This document shows positions 59,101 to 64,000 of a stretch of 64,000 nt of DNA, piece after piece (positions within the stretch are counted from its first letter, which is position 1; each line of letters opens with the position of its first letter). The position numbers and the translations under genes were made by a program. The DNA lies in contig OZ237767.1 in assembly GCA_965178125.1 (NCBI GenBank), positions 620,001 through 684,000 of the forward strand, given 5' to 3'. The notes under the pieces are model-generated. The model was not told the DNA's origin. It saw only the letters and a program-made list of their open reading frames with translations, and did no database searches. The DNA comes from Bilabrum cf. latius. Its lineage: Eukaryota.

Positions 59101-62100
59101 ATCGTCGCGCTGATCACCATGGAGATCCACTCTAGGGACGTGGGGACAAAACTCTACAGGGGTGGATGCACGAGCGTAGATGAGTTCCTCTGGCTGTCCC
59201 AGCTGCGTTACTACTGGGAGAAGCCCACCACGTCGGACGGGCAGCCCACGGAGGACGTGACGGCGGATGACCTGCGGCTGGGGCGCTGCATCACGAGGCA
59301 GACCACAAGCGAGCTGCGGTTCGGGTACGAGTACCAGGGCAACAACGGGCGATTGGTGGTCACCCCGCTGACTGACAGGGCCGTTCTCACGCTGACCACC
59401 GCTCTGGCGCTGCAGAGAGGTGGTGCGCCTGCCGGCCCAGCTGGCACAGGCAAGACAGAGACGGTGAAGGACCTGGGCAAGAACCTGGCCAAGTACGTCG
59501 TGGTGTTCAACTGCTCGGACCAGTTGGGGTACAAGAACGTGGGTCGCATGTTCAGCGGGCTCGCGCAGAGCGGCTCGTGGGGCTGCTTCGACGAGTTCAA
59601 CCGCATCACCATCGAGGTGCTGTCCGTGGTGGCGCAGTAGGTGCGGTCCATCATGGACGCCATCTCGGCGAGGCAGCACAAGTTCGACTTCATGGGATTC
59701 AACGTGCGCATCCGGTGGGAGTGCGGCATCTTCATCACCATGAACCCCGGGTATGCCGGCCGAACCGAGCTGCCCGACAACCTCAAGTCCCTCTTTCGGC
59801 CCGTGGCCATGATGGTGCCCGACCTGGCGCTCATCGCGGAGGTGATGCTCCAGGCGGAGGGCTTCGAGAGGTCCGGTGTGCTGGCACAGAAGGCAGTGAC
59901 GCTGTACTCTCTCATGACGCAGCAGCTGAGCAAGCAGGCGCACTATGACTACGGGCTGCGGTCCCTCCGCGGTGTGCTGGTGTGCGCCGGCGGGCTCAAG
60001 AGGGCAGACCCGACGCGCAGCGAGGAACTGATCCTGCTGCAGGCCATCCGAGACATGAACGTGCCCAAGTTCATCAAGGAGGACAAAGACCTGTTCATGC
60101 TGCTGCTGGGTGACCTCTTCCCCGGGCTGGAGCTGCCGGTGAGCGAGAAGGGCAGGCTCGGCGACATGATCTACTCCGTGCTCAAGAAGAAGGGGCTCCA
60201 GGAGGAGGAGATCGTCCTGCGCAAGTGCATCGAGCTGAGAGACTCAAAGGAGACCAGGCACTGCAACATGCTCGTGGGACTCACACTCGCCGGCAAGAGC
60301 GTCGTGTGGAAGGCACTGGCAGACGCTAAGACTGCCATGGCCAAGGACGGTGTGGAGGGCTACGAGCCTGTGCGCATCAAGGCTCTCAACCCGAAGAGCA
60401 TCACTATGGGAGAGCTGTACGGGCAGTACGACCCCAACTCGGGCGAGTGGATCGATGGGGTGCTGTCTTCCATCTTCCGCGATTTCGCCAAGGACGAGCG
60501 GAAGGAGGAGAAGTGGCTCGTGCTGGACGGGCCCGTGGACACGCTCTGGATCGAGTCCATGAACACCGTAATGGACGACAACAAGACGCTGACGCTCATC
60601 AATGGCGACCGCATCGGCATGACGGGCCGCATGTCTCTCGTGTTCGAGGTGCGCGACCTCGAGGTGGCATCGCCCGCCACCGTGTCTCGCGCCGGCATGA
60701 TCTACCTGGACGTGGCAGATCTGGGTTGGAAGCCGTACGTGGAGTCGTGGATCCAGCGCCGCTTTGAAGACTCTGTGCACACGGTATCTCGGCAGCAGGA
60801 TCAGGCCCACATGCGCTCCATGTTCGAGAAGTACGTCCCGGCCTTGCTGGACGCGCGCAGGAGGCACTGCACGGAGACGGTCAAGACGACTGATTTCGCC
60901 GCCGTGATCAGCCTCTGCAACCTGCTGGACGCGGTTGCATTTGAAGACGAAGGTGTGAAGCTCTCGAGGTCGCACGTGGGTGACGTGTACGACAAGTATG
61001 CCGAGAAGTGGTTCGCCTTCTGTGCCGTGTGGTCCATCGGGGGCACTGTGGACGAGAAGTCGAGGCGTTTCATCAGTGACTGCATCCGCGAGATCGACAC
61101 GAGCATCTTCCCCGCCACGGGCACCGTGTTTGACCACTTCGTGGACCAGGGCACGTACGAGCTGCGGCCGTGGTCTGACCGAGTGCCTAGCACGTGGAGG
61201 CCGCGGGAGGGCGTCCCTTTCGCGCAACTAATCGTTCCCACCGTGGACACCGTGCGGAATGCCTTCATCATCTCCAGGCTGCTGCAGGCCCGCAGGCACG
61301 TCCTGGTCACAGGAGGCACGGGCACGGGTAAGACAGTGATCGTTCAGGAGCAGATGAAGATGCTGGACCGGGAACGCTACTCCCGCCTGCAGCTCAACTT
61401 TAGTGCCGCCACGCAGAGCATCACGGCACAGGACATCATTGAGGGTGCGCTGGAGAAGAAGAGCAAGGACAAGATGGGGCCTCCAGGGGGCAAGAAGCTC
61501 GTCTGCTTCGTGGATGACCTGAACATGCCCAAGAAGGAGGAGTTCGGGGCGCAGCCTCCCCTCGAGCTGCTGCGGCAGTGGTGCGACTACCAGGGCTGGT
61601 ACGACCGTGGCAAGCAGAGCTGGCGGTTTATCCTCGACATGCAGCTCATCGCCGCCATGGGCCCGCCCGGTGGAGGCCGCACGGTCATCACGGAGCGCTT
61701 GCAGAGCCGCTTCAACGTGCTCAATTTCACGTTCCCAGACGACAAGGAGACCCAGTTCATCTTTGAGCAGATCCTAAACTCGCACTATCAGGCATTCCCG
61801 GACGAAGACCTGAGGGCGGCGCTGCCTGCCATCGTGGCTGCCACCGTGGGCGTGTACAAGCAGGCAGTGGAGCAGTTCCTGCCCACTCCTCAGAACTGCC
61901 ACTACTTGTTCAACATGCGAGACATCGCGGCCGTGACCCAGGGCCTCATGCGTGGCCGGCTTGAGTCCACCTCGGACAAGGACACGCTGCTGCGGCTGTG
62001 GGTGCACGAGCTCACTAGACAGTTCTGCGATCGGCTGACCAACGCGGGAGACCAGGACAAATTCCGCAAGATCGTGGACGACCAGGCGGGCAAGCAGCTC

Positions 62101-64000
62101 GGCACATTCTGGGGCGAGATCGTGCAGGGGGTCGAGCACCCCGAGCAAGGGCCCGTGTACACGTATCTGGACGGTGAGGGCAACCTGGACGGCTACATGG
62201 AGGCCAAGGACCTGGATCGGCTCAAGGCGCGTCTGCTGGACGAGCTGCAGGACTACAACGACGTGCCCAAGAACCTGGGAATGAACCTCGTCCTGTTCAG
62301 GGATGCGGTGCGGCACATTGCAAGGATCCATCGAGTGCTGGCCACGCCCCGAGGCAACGCCATGCTCATCGGAGTGGGAGGCTCTGGCCGACAGAGTCTC
62401 ACCCGGCTGGCTGCGCACATCACGCAGGTGCACAACGGGAAGCCCATGGAAGTTTTCCAGATCGAGATCACGAAGCACTACGGGTCACGGGAGTTCCACG
62501 ACGACCTCAAGGCCCTCTACGAAAAGGCCGGGCAGGAGGGCGTCCCGACTGTGTTTTTGTTCTCTGACACGCAGCTGAAGGAGGAATCATTCCTAGAAGA
62601 CATCAACAACATCCTCAGCAGCGGAGAGGTGCCGAACCTCTTCGACAAGGACGAGAAGACGGCCATCAACGACGTCATGCGCTCGCTGCTCAAGCAGAAC
62701 CCCTCCTTCGAGGACACCGCAGAGGACCTCTGGAGCCTGTTCGTGTCCAGGGTGCGGGACAATCTGCACGTTGTGCTGGCCATGAGCCCCATCGGAGACG
62801 GGTTCCGGGACCGTACGAGGATGTACCCGTCGCTGGTGGCGTGCACCACCATGGACTGGTTTCACGAGTGGCCCAAGGAGGCCCTGGAGGAGGTGGCGGC
62901 CAGTTTCCTCGCCGACACGAGAATTCTTGAGGTCAGTGATGAGCCAATTGAGGCTTCCGCGGGTGGAGCGGACGCTGGGAAGGGCGCCCCCCCGCCTGGC
63001 GTGGCGGCCGGCAGCTCCCTGGCGGAGGACGAGGACCCAGAGGCCGGCCTCAAGCGGGAGATCGCGGCCCTGTTCGCAGTGGCGCATCGGAGCGTGGCGC
63101 GGGCCAGCGACCGCATGATGCTGGAGCTGCGCCGCAAGAACTACGTGACACCCAGCAACTACCTCGAGCTAGTCAAGGTGTACTCCAGCCTGCTCGACGA
63201 GAAGCGGGCCGAGGTGGGCTCGATGCGGAACAAGCTGGCAGGCGGGCTAGAGAAGCTGGACCACTCGCGCGCGCAGGTGGAGGTTAAGAAGGAGGAGCTG
63301 GAGGTGGCCTCGAAGGAGGTGGAGGTGAAGAGCGCGGAGGTGGAGGAGCTCATGGTGGAGATCGCCACCAAGACGAGGCAGGCCAAAGCCAGGGAGGAGG
63401 ACGTCAACAAGGACGCCGAGAGGATCGGGGAGGAGGAGAAGGTCTGCAGGGCCATCGCACAGGACGCGGAGAAGGACCTGAACGAGGCAATGCCCATGCT
63501 GGAGCGGGCGCTGGCAGAGGTGGACAAGCTGGACAAGGCCGCAGTGACGGAGGTTAAGGGATATGCGCAGCCGCCTGAGCTGGTGCAGCTGACTCTCAAG
63601 CCGGTGATGATCCTGTTCGGCCGCCCGACTGACTGGGCTTCTTGCAAGAGCAAGCTAAGCGAGTCCGATTTCCTGATCCAGGTCAAGAACTTCGACAAGG
63701 AGGCCGTGTCTGAGAAGACCCTCAATAAGCTGCAGAAGTACATCAACAACCAGCTCTTCGTCCCGGACGTGGTAGCGTCCAAGTCAAAGGCCGCCGGTGC
63801 GCTGTGCAGCTGGGTGCGCGCGATCGACACGTTTGCCAAGGTCAGCAAGGAGGTTGAGCCCAAGCGCCTCAAGATGAGGGAGGCCATGCGGGAGCTCAAG
63901 ACCAAGCAGAAAGCCTTGGCGGAGGCACAGGCAGAGCTGGCTGCCATCAACGCGCAGCTGGGCGAACTCAGGAAGAAGCATGAGGAGCAGGCCGCAGCCA
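53116..64000 (+). CDS. DNAH2: Axonemal dynein heavy chain, inner-arm I1-beta type (DNAH2/DHC10-like); 3' end runs off the window
   Basis: DHC_N1/N2 tail, FPRFYFLSN, AAA1 GPAGTGKTETVKDLGK...WGCFDEFNRI, AAA2 GLTLAGKS...LDGPVDTLWIESMNTVMDDNK, AAA3 GGTGTGKT, AAA4 GVGGSGRQS and the start of the stalk. QFARR..DG..QPLPRFGG.RG resembles the DNAH2 tail (from memory). TAGs at 53191, 54967, 58447 and 59638. Confidence 0.93.

Noticed and set aside
58432-59652. TAG as Trp (A-to-I editing), Leu, Tyr or pyrrolysine
   Set aside because: Diagnostic sites correspond to Gln (dynein, GH duplicate, SQ repeat, GT41 Y*P), and most TAGs lie in polar disordered or coiled-coil context.
1-64000. Cluster of pseudogenes with nonsense mutations
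   Set aside because: Decay would also give TGA, TAA and frameshifts. Only TAG occurs, and catalytic motifs are intact in all genes.
1-64000. C>T damage or sequencing artefact creating stops
   Set aside because: It would equally convert CGA>TGA and CAA>TAA, both codons being common here, and none are seen in frame. Reads should still be checked.

Overview
GC-rich, gene-dense nuclear DNA from a flagellated unicellular eukaryote: it has short GT-AG introns, an axonemal dynein and no prokaryotic operon features. The main signal is a non-standard nuclear genetic code. Almost every ORF break in the supplied track is an in-frame TAG. Reading TAG as sense joins the fragments into 11 long, frameshift-free genes (plus 2 doubtful short ones) that end only at TGA or TAA. 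I counted roughly 95-100 in-frame TAGs by hand and no in-frame TAA or TGA in exons. Conserved dynein motifs, an internal domain duplication and Gln repeats indicate TAG = Gln, while TAA and TGA remain stops. Genes in order: secreted Asp-box/EGF-like/galactose-binding-like protein (partial), CDK-like kinase with a very long tail, putative mitochondrial 2-TM protein, BK/Slo-like channel with a degenerate filter, RSL1D1-like protein, ~3300-aa coiled-coil protein, secreted tandem GH113-like hydrolase, low-complexity protein, CLC-6/7-type antiporter, signal-peptide-bearing GT41 (OGT-like) protein, and a DNAH2-like dynein heavy chain (partial). All starts, introns and counts were read by hand, not computed.
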